DNA of 64,000 bases from Candidatus Adlerbacteria bacterium (GTDB lineage Bacteria; Patescibacteriota; Minisyncoccia; Phycocordibacterales; SBAW01). The position numbers were made by a program, and so were the translations under genes. The stretch lies in the NCBI GenBank assembly GCA_003135635.1, contig PLCJ01000001.1, forward strand, positions 8,836 through 72,835, in the 5' to 3' direction. The notes beneath the pieces were generated by a model that made no database searches, had not been told where the DNA came from, and saw only the letters and a list, made by a program, of their open reading frames with translations. Of this stretch, positions 1-10,037 are shown one piece after another (position 1 is the first letter of the stretch; each line of letters begins with the position of its first letter).

Positions 1-501
1 CGCGCCTAGGGCACAGGTATTGTACCCGTGGGCAGTTATGGTGGTACGCACAGGATTTCCGTTTTTCGCTACGGTTACTCGTACACAAGAGCTCGATTGA
101 TTCTGACCCATTGATATCTCAAAGGTAGTTGTCGCATCACTCGGGTCGGGCGCCGTTATGGTCCAAGGAAACTGCAGCGGGCTTGAGCCACCAACAATGT
201 CTTGTCCATTGCAATATACCTGACCCGGGGAGGCGGTGCCCCCATAGACATAATCACTTGACGTAGCAAACGCACTTCCATCGGCATCAGTTGGGATTAC
301 CGTGTTGTACTTGAAGTCCCAGTACAAAGCACATTCGGCTCCTGTATCAGCGGCATAAATTGCATACTGCGACTGTGTCTGAGTGATGGAAAGATTGAGT
401 TCGCGCGAAGCAAGATCATAGATAGCAAGCCCTATCGCAAGCGCCAGGGAGGCGATGAGAACTGCAAGAAAAATAGTGAAACCCCGCGTTATAGAGTACA
501 T
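1..501 (-). CDS. PilX-like minor pilin, truncated by the window edge
   Basis: Not in the ORF track. The minus strand from ATG at 501 reads MYSITRGFTIFLAVLIASLALAIGLAIYDLASRELNLS...AIYAADTGAECA, a class III leader lacking E5 plus an AxxAA(D/E)xG motif. The frame stays open to base 1. Confidence 0.8.
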   Translation of the reverse strand, partial: MYSITRGFTIFLAVLIASLALAIGLAIYDLASRELNLSITQTQSQYAIYAADTGAECALYWDFKYNTVIPTDADGSAFATSSDYVYGGTASPGQVYCNGQDIVGGSSPLQFPWTITAPDPSDATTTFEISMGQNQSSSCVRVTVAKNGNPVRTTITAHGYNTCALGA

Positions 502-502
502 A

Positions 503-1066
503 TTATTCCCAATTAAATAAATTTTCCTGCACCTGCACGGAGCGAGTAATCCTGGCAGTATCATTCCACGATACTTTAACAGTAACCACAGCCTCAAAAG
601 GATTAGAGCCGCTTGGTATAGGTACCGGTGTGAGTATAGAAACGGTTCTTGTAAAAATAGATGCCGATCCAGCGTTGTAATTAAAATATCCTCCGTTAGT
701 CACTGAATCGTAGTTAAGTATCGGGCAGCCTCCTGTGGGACAGGCTGCTACCGTGGCGTTTAGTGAATCGATAGTGCATTGAGCAGTGCCACCTACGTTA
801 GCATTTATGCAAGAACTCAGTCCCGTAAGCCACGTGGCATTTGATGAATTTCCTGAAAGGTTATTGGAATCGCGGACGGAACGCACATATTCTATGGCAT
901 CTTGAGCAAGGTAATAGGCGGTTATTTGGTCTTTTGCAATAAGAGTGGCATGTAAGTCTCCCTCCGCGATAGCAATCGGACCCGCTAGTGCCATAGTAAG
1001 AATAAGTATCGCAACAAGCGTTTCAACCAGAGTGAATCCTTGGGTGATGTTATATTTATTGATCAT
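503..1066 (-). CDS. PilV-like minor pilin
   Basis: QGFTLVETLVA prepilin motif; probable start MINKY at 1066. Confidence 0.85.
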   Translation of the reverse strand: MINKYNITQGFTLVETLVAILILTMALAGPIAIAEGDLHATLIAKDQITAYYLAQDAIEYVRSVRDSNNLSGNSSNATWLTGLSSCINANVGGTAQCTIDSLNATVAACPTGGCPILNYDSVTNGGYFNYNAGSASIFTRTVSILTPVPIPSGSNPFEAVVTVKVSWNDTARITRSVQVQENLFNWE

Positions 1067-1655
1067 ATATGCGTTGAGTAACGGAGGCCTGTAAATTAAA
1101 CGATGATGTCTGGGTGCTTGATACTGGGACAGAACCATGTATCAGCATAATGACTCTTGGCTGTATAGTGTCTGGCGCACATCCCCCCGTCCCGGAGGCT
1201 GAGCAAGAACCAATAACATAGAACATAGAACTATTAGCCACATTTACATCAGGCGAGGTGAGGGGCGAGGGTGTGAGGCTTATGGAGGGCACCTGTCGTT
1301 CAATGCAGCCTCCGATATATCCCGCGGGACACTGTCCGGATGGAACAAAACTATACGCAACAACAATGCCACCGCTTGTGGTAAATGAAAGATAATTACT
1401 CCCATTAATGCAGTCTTGCGGTATGGTGGTCACCGTTCCAAAAGTACCACCGCAGTGATAATTGGTGCCGGTTCGAATAGCCCGAGACATACTATCAAGT
1501 GAAAAATTGAGATTATTGATTGCCGATTTCAATACTTCAGCCTTGAGATCACTTTGCGATAGTGTTAAAAGGGCGCCAAGCGCTACTACCATAACGACCA
1601 TAAACAGTGCGACCGCCACCATCATTTCTATAAGAGTAAATCCGCGTTTTTGCAT
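1056..1655 (-). CDS. PilW-like minor pilin
   Basis: MQKRGFTLIEMMVA prepilin motif. Confidence 0.85.
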   Translation of the reverse strand: MQKRGFTLIEMMVAVALFMVVMVVALGALLTLSQSDLKAEVLKSAINNLNFSLDSMSRAIRTGTNYHCGGTFGTVTTIPQDCINGSNYLSFTTSGGIVVAYSFVPSGQCPAGYIGGCIERQVPSISLTPSPLTSPDVNVANSSMFYVIGSCSASGTGGCAPDTIQPRVIMLIHGSVPVSSTQTSSFNLQASVTQRIYDQ

Positions 1656-1659
1656 ATGA

Positions 1660-2292
1660 TTAACTTCCCACAATTCCTACGGCTATTTCCCCCGTGGGAG
1701 AAATGGTCACACTGCGCGTACTGCCCCCTTGAGAGGAAAATTGTATGCTGGCGCTACTATACTCTCCTGGCACACACGCACCAGAATCAAGATTGGTTGC
1801 AAAACATGCATCAGGATTTGGCCGGCTAAAGATAACGGTGAGTGATGTAATAGTCCTGTTGCTACTGCACTGCGAGCCGGCACAAAAATTAGTGATAGTA
1901 TATCCAGGTCCAAGAGTAAAAGTTTGCACTATTTTATCTCCCGAATCATATTGTCCACTGCTATTGGTGTCAGCAAAAAGGAAATAGCTTGTCGGGGTAC
2001 CCGAACTAAAATAGGCCCCGTATGCAGAAGCAAAAACGGTACTCCCCGAAGCACTTTCCCCTTGTACCGATACCCCATACGTCTGCGCTTGGCGAATAGA
2101 GAGCGCCGCACTGTAGGCAAGTGAGCGCAGTAGAATTGAGCTGTCAAACTGTTGTTGGCGCAGCAGAAGAATCGTTGTGATAATAGCCATGATAGCGATT
2201 ACCACTAAGAGCTCAATGAGCGTAAATCCGCGCGTGCGCGGAGAAGTGTGGTTAGCTAAGGAGGCTTGAAAGTGAGAAGAAGAGATCAACAT
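1660..2292 (-). CDS. FimT/GspH-like minor pilin
   Basis: RGFTLIELLVVIAI motif and C-terminal TRSVTISPTGEI strand. Confidence 0.85.
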   Translation of the reverse strand: MLISSSHFQASLANHTSPRTRGFTLIELLVVIAIMAIITTILLLRQQQFDSSILLRSLAYSAALSIRQAQTYGVSVQGESASGSTVFASAYGAYFSSGTPTSYFLFADTNSSGQYDSGDKIVQTFTLGPGYTITNFCAGSQCSSNRTITSLTVIFSRPNPDACFATNLDSGACVPGEYSSASIQFSSQGGSTRSVTISPTGEIAVGIVGS

Positions 2293-3040
2293 GTAGGAAA
2301 TACACTATGGCCGCTCCAAGAACAAGAAACGGCGCGAAGGGGATTTCGCTTTTCATTGTAAAACGAGAAGCCTTAGTTTTCCATCGACGCGATGCGAACA
2401 ACAGTACGATACCAATACCAGCGCCGCTCCAAAATGCAAGCATGAGCGCAGTAAGTCCCAGAGAAAATCCTAAGAGCCATCCCAAAGAAAGCTCGAGAAT
2501 GCCGTCTCCCCATCCCATCCACTGGCCCTTTGATACAAACGATAACAAAAAAAGTGGCAGGGCAAGCACTACCCCAGCCAGTAAGGTATGGGGAGAAGCG
2601 GGCAGTAGAAAGAGTGCCCGACCAAATCCGAGAATAACAAGCAACAATGAAGGAGCCCGAGGAATAATTGCGTGTCGTAGATCATACACGACAATAAAAA
2701 GAAGGGTCATCCATACAATAAACCAATAACAAAACCAGTACGGATTGAACACAAGCAAATAGATACCCAAGGAAAGCAACGCTGCAGATATTTCAACTAA
2801 CGGATATTGCAGCGAGATAGCGCTACTGCAGTAGCGACACCGACCAGCAAGAGCGAGATAGGAAAAAACAGGGATGAGGTCAAAGAAAGTAAGGACGTGC
2901 CCGCAGCGCATGCAGTGTGAGCGGCCATATATAACTGAGCGTCCAGTGCCGAATCGAAACGACAGAACATTTAGAAAACTACCCGCAATGGCTCCGAGAA
3001 GTACTGCGCCTATTGCAAACACCACTCCCTGCCCATCCAT
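2252..3040 (-). CDS. pilD: prepilin peptidase (A24)
   Basis: GSFLNV, RSHCMRC...GRCRYC zinc site, MGWGD and EIPFAPFL motifs; probable start MDGQG at 3040. Confidence 0.92.
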   Translation of the reverse strand: MDGQGVVFAIGAVLLGAIAGSFLNVLSFRFGTGRSVIYGRSHCMRCGHVLTFFDLIPVFSYLALAGRCRYCSSAISLQYPLVEISAALLSLGIYLLVFNPYWFCYWFIVWMTLLFIVVYDLRHAIIPRAPSLLLVILGFGRALFLLPASPHTLLAGVVLALPLFLLSFVSKGQWMGWGDGILELSLGWLLGFSLGLTALMLAFWSGAGIGIVLLFASRRWKTKASRFTMKSEIPFAPFLVLGAAIVYFLHVDLFFSLSSLLS

Positions 3041-3588
3041 TAGTTTGTAACGTCGTAGCAAGCTTCCGTGCCACCAGGCTGAGGCGTACCGGCAGTTGCG
3101 TCGCAACTTCCGTTGGAACCAGCACTCGTCCCAGAAAAATCACTATTACTGCTCGAACAATTATTAGATCTGTATGCAGCATCACTATCTTGAGTAAGTG
3201 CAGAATTGCTCGTTTGTTCAAGGAGTGCCCCGAGATGGTACGCGATAGGCGGAGGCGGACTACATATGTTGTTTACTGGATTTACCGCATTAAATGCAGC
3301 GTAGGAATATTGTTGACCTGTTTTTGGGTCAAGAGGCATGGTGGGCAGGTACGTTGGAACCAGAGTGCTTAACTGTAGAGGATAGCTAAGATTGTCACTA
3401 TAGTACTGCTCAAGGGAAAGCTGGATGGTGCGAATATCAGCAATGCGTTTAGCATCGCGGCCTTTGGCTTGAGCACTACTCAGAGACACCAAAATGATAG
3501 AGGCTAAAATGCCGATCAGAGCAATGACTACCAACAGCTCAATAAGGGTGAAACCACGAAGACGAAAAATAGATAATTTCATATACAC
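3040..3588 (-). CDS. type IV pilin / GspG-like pseudopilin
   Basis: GFTLIELLVVIALIGILA, KGRDAKRIAD and PLDP motifs. Confidence 0.9.
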   Translation of the reverse strand: MYMKLSIFRLRGFTLIELLVVIALIGILASIILVSLSSAQAKGRDAKRIADIRTIQLSLEQYYSDNLSYPLQLSTLVPTYLPTMPLDPKTGQQYSYAAFNAVNPVNNICSPPPPIAYHLGALLEQTSNSALTQDSDAAYRSNNCSSSNSDFSGTSAGSNGSCDATAGTPQPGGTEACYDVTN

Positions 3589-3654
3589 GTACCTATCCTA
3601 CGATACAATGAGGTCAAATTAAGTGCAGGTAAACCCCTCAGAAAAGTATCCTCC

Positions 3655-4152
3655 TTAGTTACATCCCACCGCAACACTGGCACTACTATTGCTACTAACA
3701 CTTACTATGTACGTGCCTGCTGAGCCTCCAGCAAACTGAGCTGTCCCACTTTCAAGGTACGTGCAAATTTCATAATTCTCTGTTCCGGGAGCACCTGCGC
3801 CGCCTGCTTGAGGAGCCACCATATATTGGCAGGTAGCAGCGGATGTTTTAGTGCAGACGGTCGCTGGAGTAGTTGGATCAAGATAATTTGAGAAGCTAAT
3901 AGGGCTAGGGCCGGTACACGTAGAGGCCATGACGCCGCCACTTACGCACCCGGTAAGGGCTACATTTGTCCCCGTATCAGCCAAGCTTATTGCTTTTCCC
4001 ATTTCCTGCAGAGAGGAAATACGTGCTGCATCGCGTCCTTTTGCCCGAGCGCTGTTAAGAGACACTAAAATGATAGAGGCCAAAATACCAATGATGGCGA
4101 TAACCACCAACAGTTCGATGAGGGTGAAACCACGTTTAAAATGTTTAGACAT
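3655..4152 (-). CDS. pilA: type IV pilin, probable major pilin
   Basis: MSKHFKRGFTLIELLVVIAIIGILA; has its own upstream intergenic promoter region; Cys-rich head domain. Confidence 0.8.
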   Translation of the reverse strand: MSKHFKRGFTLIELLVVIAIIGILASIILVSLNSARAKGRDAARISSLQEMGKAISLADTGTNVALTGCVSGGVMASTCTGPSPISFSNYLDPTTPATVCTKTSAATCQYMVAPQAGGAGAPGTENYEICTYLESGTAQFAGGSAGTYIVSVSSNSSASVAVGCN

Positions 4153-4196
4153 ATATATAATTCATCAATAATTTACACACTTCCTTCACTGCCTCA

Positions 4197-4241
4197 AGTA
4201 TACCTCGCCCTTAGTATGTCACTTTTTATTGCTGTGGATAA
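4197..4241 (-). promoter_or_regulatory. putative pilin promoter (-10 TATACT) with a perfect DnaA-box-type TTATCCACA 30 nt upstream
   Basis: Plus strand agtata 4197-4202 and tgtggataa 4233-4241. Confidence 0.45.
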
Positions 4242-4267
4242 TATGTACCTTCCCTTGTAAGCTCTTT

Positions 4268-5482
4268 TTAGAGTTGGCTCGTCGTGTTATAAATCGGCAA
4301 CAATATTGATGCGAGAAGAAATCCAACCCCTATCGCCAAAACGACAATCATTGCTGGCTCAATAAGAGCAACCAGGGTGTCTACCGCTGCGCTTACCTCG
4401 CGATTATAAAATTTAGCAAGCCGATCAAGGATATTGGCAGTTTCCCCCGTCTCATTGCCTATCTGGAGCATTTGCACCATGATCGTAGGAATTTCCTTGG
4501 GATATCGAGACAATATGTCATGAAGGGGCGCGCCTCCCTTCACCCCCTCCACGGCAGCTTGGAGAATATCTTCGTACACAGCATTTTGTATGATTGAGGC
4601 AGTTATCTCAAGGGCGCGGAGAGTAGAGATACCACTACTTAGCATCACGTGCAAATTGTCGGCGATACGGGAAAGATATAACTTTTGGTATAGCGATCCA
4701 ATATAGGGCAAGGTGATCTGCAACCGAGAAATAGACCAGCGTCCTTGGGGTGTTTGAGCGTAACGGAAGAGAAAATAACCTGCGATAATAAGTGCAATAA
4801 GGAGAAATATTCCATAATCGACGAAAAATCCGCTGAGGTTAAGAACAATCTGAGTATATATAGGAAGTGTTCCACCTTCACTGGTCAAAATAGTGGCAAT
4901 TTTAGGAATAATGACCGTAATCATGAGTAGCATTACAGCAATAAACGTCACGATAATGAATGCTGGGTAAATGAGGGCATTGCGCACCTTACTGGTTATC
5001 TCGTAGGAACGATCAATATGATCTGCAAGAAATATAAATGTTTGGCTAAGCTTTCCCGTCTCTTCTCCGGCTCGCACCATATTGACGTAGAAATCTGAAA
5101 AAACCTTCGGGTGTTTGCCGAGCGCCTGAGAAATACTGCTTCCCGCCTGAAGATCATCGCTCACGCTCACGAGCGTTTGCCGCAGATAGGATGTGTCGGC
5201 CTGCTGGCTGAGGAGTTGGAATATGCGCAGTGGAGAAACCTGGGCCTCAAAGAGCGTTGCCAGTTGGCGCGAGAGAATAACGATACTGCGGCCACTTACC
5301 CCTCCAAAAATAGTAATATTGTGCAGTGAGGAGAATACATCTTTTTTTTGATTTGTTGAAAAAACAGTGAGGGTAAGCCCACGACGCTGCAGTATAGTAA
5401 TAGCCGCTTCCTCCGTTGCGGCGTTTACGGTTCCAGCTTGGGGCTTGCCTTCTTGATCTAGTGCTTCGTATTTATACTCCAT
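4268..5482 (-). CDS. pilC: type IV pilus platform protein
   Basis: Two T2SSF domains (RQLATLFEA, AGEETGKL, IEPAMIV). Confidence 0.95.
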   Translation of the reverse strand: MEYKYEALDQEGKPQAGTVNAATEEAAITILQRRGLTLTVFSTNQKKDVFSSLHNITIFGGVSGRSIVILSRQLATLFEAQVSPLRIFQLLSQQADTSYLRQTLVSVSDDLQAGSSISQALGKHPKVFSDFYVNMVRAGEETGKLSQTFIFLADHIDRSYEITSKVRNALIYPAFIIVTFIAVMLLMITVIIPKIATILTSEGGTLPIYTQIVLNLSGFFVDYGIFLLIALIIAGYFLFRYAQTPQGRWSISRLQITLPYIGSLYQKLYLSRIADNLHVMLSSGISTLRALEITASIIQNAVYEDILQAAVEGVKGGAPLHDILSRYPKEIPTIMVQMLQIGNETGETANILDRLAKFYNREVSAAVDTLVALIEPAMIVVLAIGVGFLLASILLPIYNTTSQL

Positions 5483-5486
5483 AGCT

Positions 5487-6551
5487 CTACATCATTAACC
5501 GCTCCAGTGTTTTGGGGTTCCAAGAACGTGCGTAGGCGCTCTCTGGAGTAATTTCTCCGGCACGCACGAGATCCGCCAAGCAGCGATTCATATCAATCAT
5601 GCCTTCCTGGGAACTCGTTTCGATGATAGCGTCGATTTCGTGGATACGTTTTTCTCGAATAAGATTTGCAACTGCACTGGTGTTGATAAGAAGTTCATAG
5701 GCAGGAATAAGTCCACCAGAGATGCGCGGTATAAGCCGCTGAGAAAAGATGCCGCTGAGTGTTTCTGCAAGCTGGGCCCGGACTTGTTCCTGCTGACCCG
5801 AAGGAAATGTATCAAGGATACGATCGATAGTTTGGGAAGCGTTGTTGGTATGGAGCGTCGAAAAAACGAGGTGGCCCGTCTCTGCGGCAGTGACCGCAAT
5901 GGCCATTGTCTCTGATGTCCGCATCTCACCTATCATAAGAACGTCAACATCTTGACGAAATACGGATCCCAGTGCTGTTTCAAAGTCAGCGGTATCAATA
6001 CGCACTTCGCGTTGATCAACAATAGAGCGCTTATTTTCAAATAGATATTCGATTGGATCTTCAATGGTAATAATATGCTCGGTGCGTTCGATGTTGATTT
6101 TTTCAAGAAGCGCCGCAAGGGTGGTCGTCTTTCCTTGTCCCACTGGCCCAACTACTAAAAAAAAGCCCTGCTCACGGGTTGCAAACTGCTCAAGCTCTGA
6201 AGGAAGGTTTAATTCTTTTACTGAGCGAATGGTGCGGGGAACTAGCCGGAGTGCAACACCGATATGACCGCGCTCAACAAATGCATTTCCACGGAAACGC
6301 GCAGTATTGCCGTAGGAGAAAGAAAAATCGGCTTCCTGAGTCTGCAAAAACTTCTGTATACGCTCTGGAGAGAGCATGCGCTCAAGTAGACCCCGCACAT
6401 CTTCGTCGCTGAGTTTCGCTTCAGAGAGAAGTGGTGTCAAGATGCTAGAAACACGAATGACTGGATGCGCACCAGCCGACAAATGAAGATCTGATGCACC
6501 TTGTGCGATTACTTGATTGACAAAAGAAGTGAGCAATTGTTCGTAGTTCAT
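5487..6551 (-). CDS. pilT: type IV pilus retraction ATPase
   Basis: ASDLHL, GPVGQGKTT, TIEDPIE, RQDVDVLMIGEMR, AAETGHLVFSTLHT. Confidence 0.95.
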   Translation of the reverse strand: MNYEQLLTSFVNQVIAQGASDLHLSAGAHPVIRVSSILTPLLSEAKLSDEDVRGLLERMLSPERIQKFLQTQEADFSFSYGNTARFRGNAFVERGHIGVALRLVPRTIRSVKELNLPSELEQFATREQGFFLVVGPVGQGKTTTLAALLEKINIERTEHIITIEDPIEYLFENKRSIVDQREVRIDTADFETALGSVFRQDVDVLMIGEMRTSETMAIAVTAAETGHLVFSTLHTNNASQTIDRILDTFPSGQQEQVRAQLAETLSGIFSQRLIPRISGGLIPAYELLINTSAVANLIREKRIHEIDAIIETSSQEGMIDMNRCLADLVRAGEITPESAYARSWNPKTLERLMM

Positions 6552-8401
6552 AATTGAATTTCTGTTTGGGGCTCTTCCGATTTCGTCTCTTCTTCTTCTG
6601 TTAGTTCTTTGGGCACAGAAGGAGGAATATCCGCACCAATATCAGAAAGTTCAAATTGGCCCCCAAGGCTATTGACCTCCTCAAACGGAATGACGCCCTT
6701 TACCGCTTTAATGATAGCATCCTCTTTCATCGTGAGCATGCCATCTTTACGTACAATGGAGAACATTTCTTCTTCAGATTTCCTTGCGAGGATGGCGCGT
6801 TCCAATTCCGGCACCATTTCAAAGGCTTCGGATACCGCAATGCGTCCTTTGGTTCCTGTTGGATACTCAAGCGTGGGCTTGATACGATATATTTCCTTAA
6901 GGGCGGGAATCTGATCACGAAATTCCTCTGGCACATCGGCAAATTCATCCTTAATCAGAGCCTCCATGCTGCCTTCAATCGGCATTTTCTGTCCACCTCC
7001 TTGCGGAAGCGTCCGTACGAGACGTTGTGCCATACCCAAAATGAGCACCGGGGGAATAAGATATGGCTCAATTTTCATATCAAGGAGACGCGGCACTATA
7101 CCGATAGCATTGTTGGTGTGTATTGTAGAAAGCACTAAATGGCCAGTGAGTGCAGCCTGCACAGCCAAGTCAGCTGTTTCGGCATCACGAATCTCACCCA
7201 CCATTATGATATTTGGGTCTTGGCGCAAGGTTGTACGCAGTCCGTTGGCAAAGGTATAGCCAATTTCAGGATGAACTTGTGATTGTGAAACCCCAGCAAT
7301 GGTGTATTCAACTGGATCTTCAAGCGAGAGCACATTTTGTCCTTCGCGGTCGATTTCATTGAGAACCGCATACAACGTCGTAGATTTTCCCGATCCAGTA
7401 GGACCAGAGATAAGAACGAGGCCGTAAGGCTTTTTTATAGCAGTACGAATAAGTTTAAGACTGCGGTCTGAAAAACCAAGATTCTCCAGTTTGACTTCTT
7501 GGGCAGACGCGCCAAGAATGCGCATCACCACCTTTTCGCCATAGTAGGTTGGAAAAGTAGAAACACGGAAATCCACCTTATTGCCACCCACCCGTGCAGA
7601 AAAACGGCCGTCCTGAGGCTTCCGTTTTTCATCAAGACGCATATTACAGAGTACTTTGATTCGAGCCACTACCGCTGGATGCACCTTGAGTGGCAACGTA
7701 ATGTTTGTTGAAAGGAACCCATCCACACGAAAGCGTACTCGTGTTTTATCGGCGAGTGGTTCGATATGAATGTCAGATGCTCGCTTCTCAGATGCATGAC
7801 GTAAGATGGTCGCTACAATCTTCGTAATGGGTGCATCAGTGGTGGTAGCATCGCTTGCTGTTTCAGTAATGGTTTCTTCTTGTATCGAAACAGTACGTTT
7901 ATTTTCCTTATCTGTTTTTTTAGTTTCATCAGTGATCTCAACTTCAAGTTCACTGAGAGCCTTCCCCACCTCTCCTGAAAGACCCTTATACTGGCCCATG
8001 ACACGATCAAAATCAGTTTCTGTAATAAGAAACACTTTGTATGGCATTCCTAATTTCGAAGAAATAAAGCTGAGAGCGTCTCGTGCTTCTAAATTGTCTG
8101 GATCAGTAATACCTACCTCAAGCACATTATCTTTGACCGTCAGAGGTACTAGCCCGTAATGTCGAGCAGATTCTTCAGGAATAAGCTGCAAAATATCAAA
8201 GGGTACTTGCTCTTCTCCCACTAAGCGCGTGGGGACAGCATAATATTGTCCTTTGGTCTTTAGGATGTCTTCAAGTGATATCCCCGCCTGGATCAAGAGG
8301 GCTTCTGGGGAGGCACCGGGAGATTTGAGATTCCGTTCTATTTCGGAAACTTTTTTTCGATCAAGTGTACCGTTTTGCAGGAATGTTTGCAGAAGGTCCA
8401 T
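6548..8401 (-). CDS. pilB: type IV pilus assembly ATPase
   Basis: ASDIHIEP, PQDGRF, GPTGSGKSTT, EDPVEY, RQDPNIIMVGEIRD, TGHLVLSTIHT. Confidence 0.95.
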   Translation of the reverse strand: MDLLQTFLQNGTLDRKKVSEIERNLKSPGASPEALLIQAGISLEDILKTKGQYYAVPTRLVGEEQVPFDILQLIPEESARHYGLVPLTVKDNVLEVGITDPDNLEARDALSFISSKLGMPYKVFLITETDFDRVMGQYKGLSGEVGKALSELEVEITDETKKTDKENKRTVSIQEETITETASDATTTDAPITKIVATILRHASEKRASDIHIEPLADKTRVRFRVDGFLSTNITLPLKVHPAVVARIKVLCNMRLDEKRKPQDGRFSARVGGNKVDFRVSTFPTYYGEKVVMRILGASAQEVKLENLGFSDRSLKLIRTAIKKPYGLVLISGPTGSGKSTTLYAVLNEIDREGQNVLSLEDPVEYTIAGVSQSQVHPEIGYTFANGLRTTLRQDPNIIMVGEIRDAETADLAVQAALTGHLVLSTIHTNNAIGIVPRLLDMKIEPYLIPPVLILGMAQRLVRTLPQGGGQKMPIEGSMEALIKDEFADVPEEFRDQIPALKEIYRIKPTLEYPTGTKGRIAVSEAFEMVPELERAILARKSEEEMFSIVRKDGMLTMKEDAIIKAVKGVIPFEEVNSLGGQFELSDIGADIPPSVPKELTEEEETKSEEPQTEIQL

Positions 8402-8407
8402 GACATA

Positions 8408-8767
8408 TTAACGTCCCAAGGTTGGCACGGGTAATTTCGTTGTCTGAGATTGGGGCACACTATTTCCAAATGATGCAAAGGGGTTGTGACGACCAACATT
8501 TTCAGGCGGTATAACAACACCAAAATTTGTAAGAGATACAAACACAGGATCAGTAAATATTGAGCTATCAAGCGTTATCGTGCTAAGGCTTGTCAGCGAG
8601 GTAAGTAGTTTCTGGGAAGCGGGCGAGGAAGAGGAATCTCCTGTCGAAATCAAAAGCGTGCTGCTTGAAGAAGAGTTATTCATGCCAAGGGTATAGTAGA
8701 GAAGGCCGCCGATTACCCCCACAGTGACAATGGTCAAGAGTACATTTTGTTTAATAAAGGTCATCAT
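8408..8767 (-). CDS. small bitopic pilus-locus protein (PilP-position)
   Basis: N-terminal TM helix and C-terminal GRHNPF motif; lies between pilO and pilB. Confidence 0.65.
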   Translation of the reverse strand: MMTFIKQNVLLTIVTVGVIGGLLYYTLGMNNSSSSSTLLISTGDSSSSPASQKLLTSLTSLSTITLDSSIFTDPVFVSLTNFGVVIPPENVGRHNPFASFGNSVPQSQTTKLPVPTLGR

Positions 8768-8770
8768 ACG

Positions 8771-9322
8771 TTAATAGAGCCAATAGGTGCGAAAGGTGAT
8801 GGTATACGTTGTGGTGTTTCCGGTTCCATTTTGAAATGAAAGCTGTGTAATATCGACTATGCGCTCACTATGCTCAAGGTCCTGCAGAAACGCCATGAAC
8901 GTATCGTAATTTGTCGTTACTGAAAACCCAAGTTCTGCAGAACCAACTGGATTGCCAGAAGAGCCCACCGCAGCAATGCCGCCCGTGGTGCTGCTGTTTG
9001 ATGCCGTAGCTAATTTAAGGTTGCTGAGCGATAGGTTATACCGGGATGCAATATTGTTAACATCAATGATAAGACGGATGTTATCTACATTGTCAGGAAG
9101 TATCTGCTGCAATTTATCTACATCACTTTGAGAGAAGGCGTTGCTTTTGGTCAATAGTTGCTGACGCAAACCTTGCAACTGTTGCACTTTACTGAGTGCG
9201 TCATCATACTGCACCCCTTGTGATTGCACTCCTTTGATTTGTTGGTAGGTCGGATTGATATACAAGACAAACAGTCCGATGGCAGCAGCAATTAATATGA
9301 GAGGGATGAATATACGAGTCAT
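8771..9322 (-). CDS. pilO: type IV pilus alignment protein PilO
   Basis: TM, coiled coil, ILPD and YDTFMAFLQDLEHSERIVDI motifs. Confidence 0.85.
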   Translation of the reverse strand: MTRIFIPLILIAAAIGLFVLYINPTYQQIKGVQSQGVQYDDALSKVQQLQGLRQQLLTKSNAFSQSDVDKLQQILPDNVDNIRLIIDVNNIASRYNLSLSNLKLATASNSSTTGGIAAVGSSGNPVGSAELGFSVTTNYDTFMAFLQDLEHSERIVDITQLSFQNGTGNTTTYTITFRTYWLY

Positions 9323-9324
9323 AG

Positions 9325-9987
9325 TTATTGAAGAGGAGTAGTTGTGGCGGGAAGGATAGGAATAGAAGAGGAAGCAATGGGTTGTACATTTTGGTTAGAA
9401 GTTGCACCAGTGATAAGCTTGTTGCTGTAAAGAAGGAGAGCCTGGCTAACGTTTGTACTCAGGGTAAAAACCACCTGTCCGGATGTGTTGGTATTAATAT
9501 TAGAGAAAATGATATTTTTGAGCATATTGCTGCTGCCGAACTGGTCGCTTTGAAGCGCAAGAGTCGAAAAGGAATCCGCAATGCCCTGCAAGGTGACAAG
9601 TGCGGAACCATTAGGTTGTAGTTGATAATTAAAACTTGTAAATTGGACGTTTAATAGTGTCTGCTGCGAGAGAAAATCAAAAAGAGCAGAGGGAGCCACA
9701 TGCCCGGCAAGCAAAATCTTTGCCTGCAGTATCCGGTTATCCATGCGAACAAGATCATTAATGGAAGAAAGATCAATTGCGCTTTGGTCTTTTTGCAGTA
9801 CAGCGCTTTTATTTGCAATAGATTGGTTCAGATACTGCTCATACCCAAATACCAGCCCAGCTGCAACTAGTGATACTATGAAAATTAACAGCGCAATTAA
9901 AAACAAAAGCCCCGCTCCTTCTCCATGAGAAGGACCCGGAGTAAAAGATTTTTTCGGTATAAAGGACGCGGGAGCTTGAGGATCCAT
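9325..9987 (-). CDS. pilN: PilN-like alignment protein
   Basis: SFIPK N-terminal motif, TM helix, position between pilM and pilO. Confidence 0.7.
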   Translation of the reverse strand: MDPQAPASFIPKKSFTPGPSHGEGAGLLFLIALLIFIVSLVAAGLVFGYEQYLNQSIANKSAVLQKDQSAIDLSSINDLVRMDNRILQAKILLAGHVAPSALFDFLSQQTLLNVQFTSFNYQLQPNGSALVTLQGIADSFSTLALQSDQFGSSNMLKNIIFSNINTNTSGQVVFTLSTNVSQALLLYSNKLITGATSNQNVQPIASSSIPILPATTTPLQ

Positions 9988-10037
9988 CAGTATTAGTATA
10001 CCGTTAAAAATTCCACAACTGCGGATCTATCAACAGA

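Noticed and set aside
3400-4152. Possible pilin antigenic-variation cassettes (two pilins with near-identical N-termini)
   Set aside because: The DNA differs at many synonymous positions, both genes are complete, and no recombinase or inverted repeats were seen.
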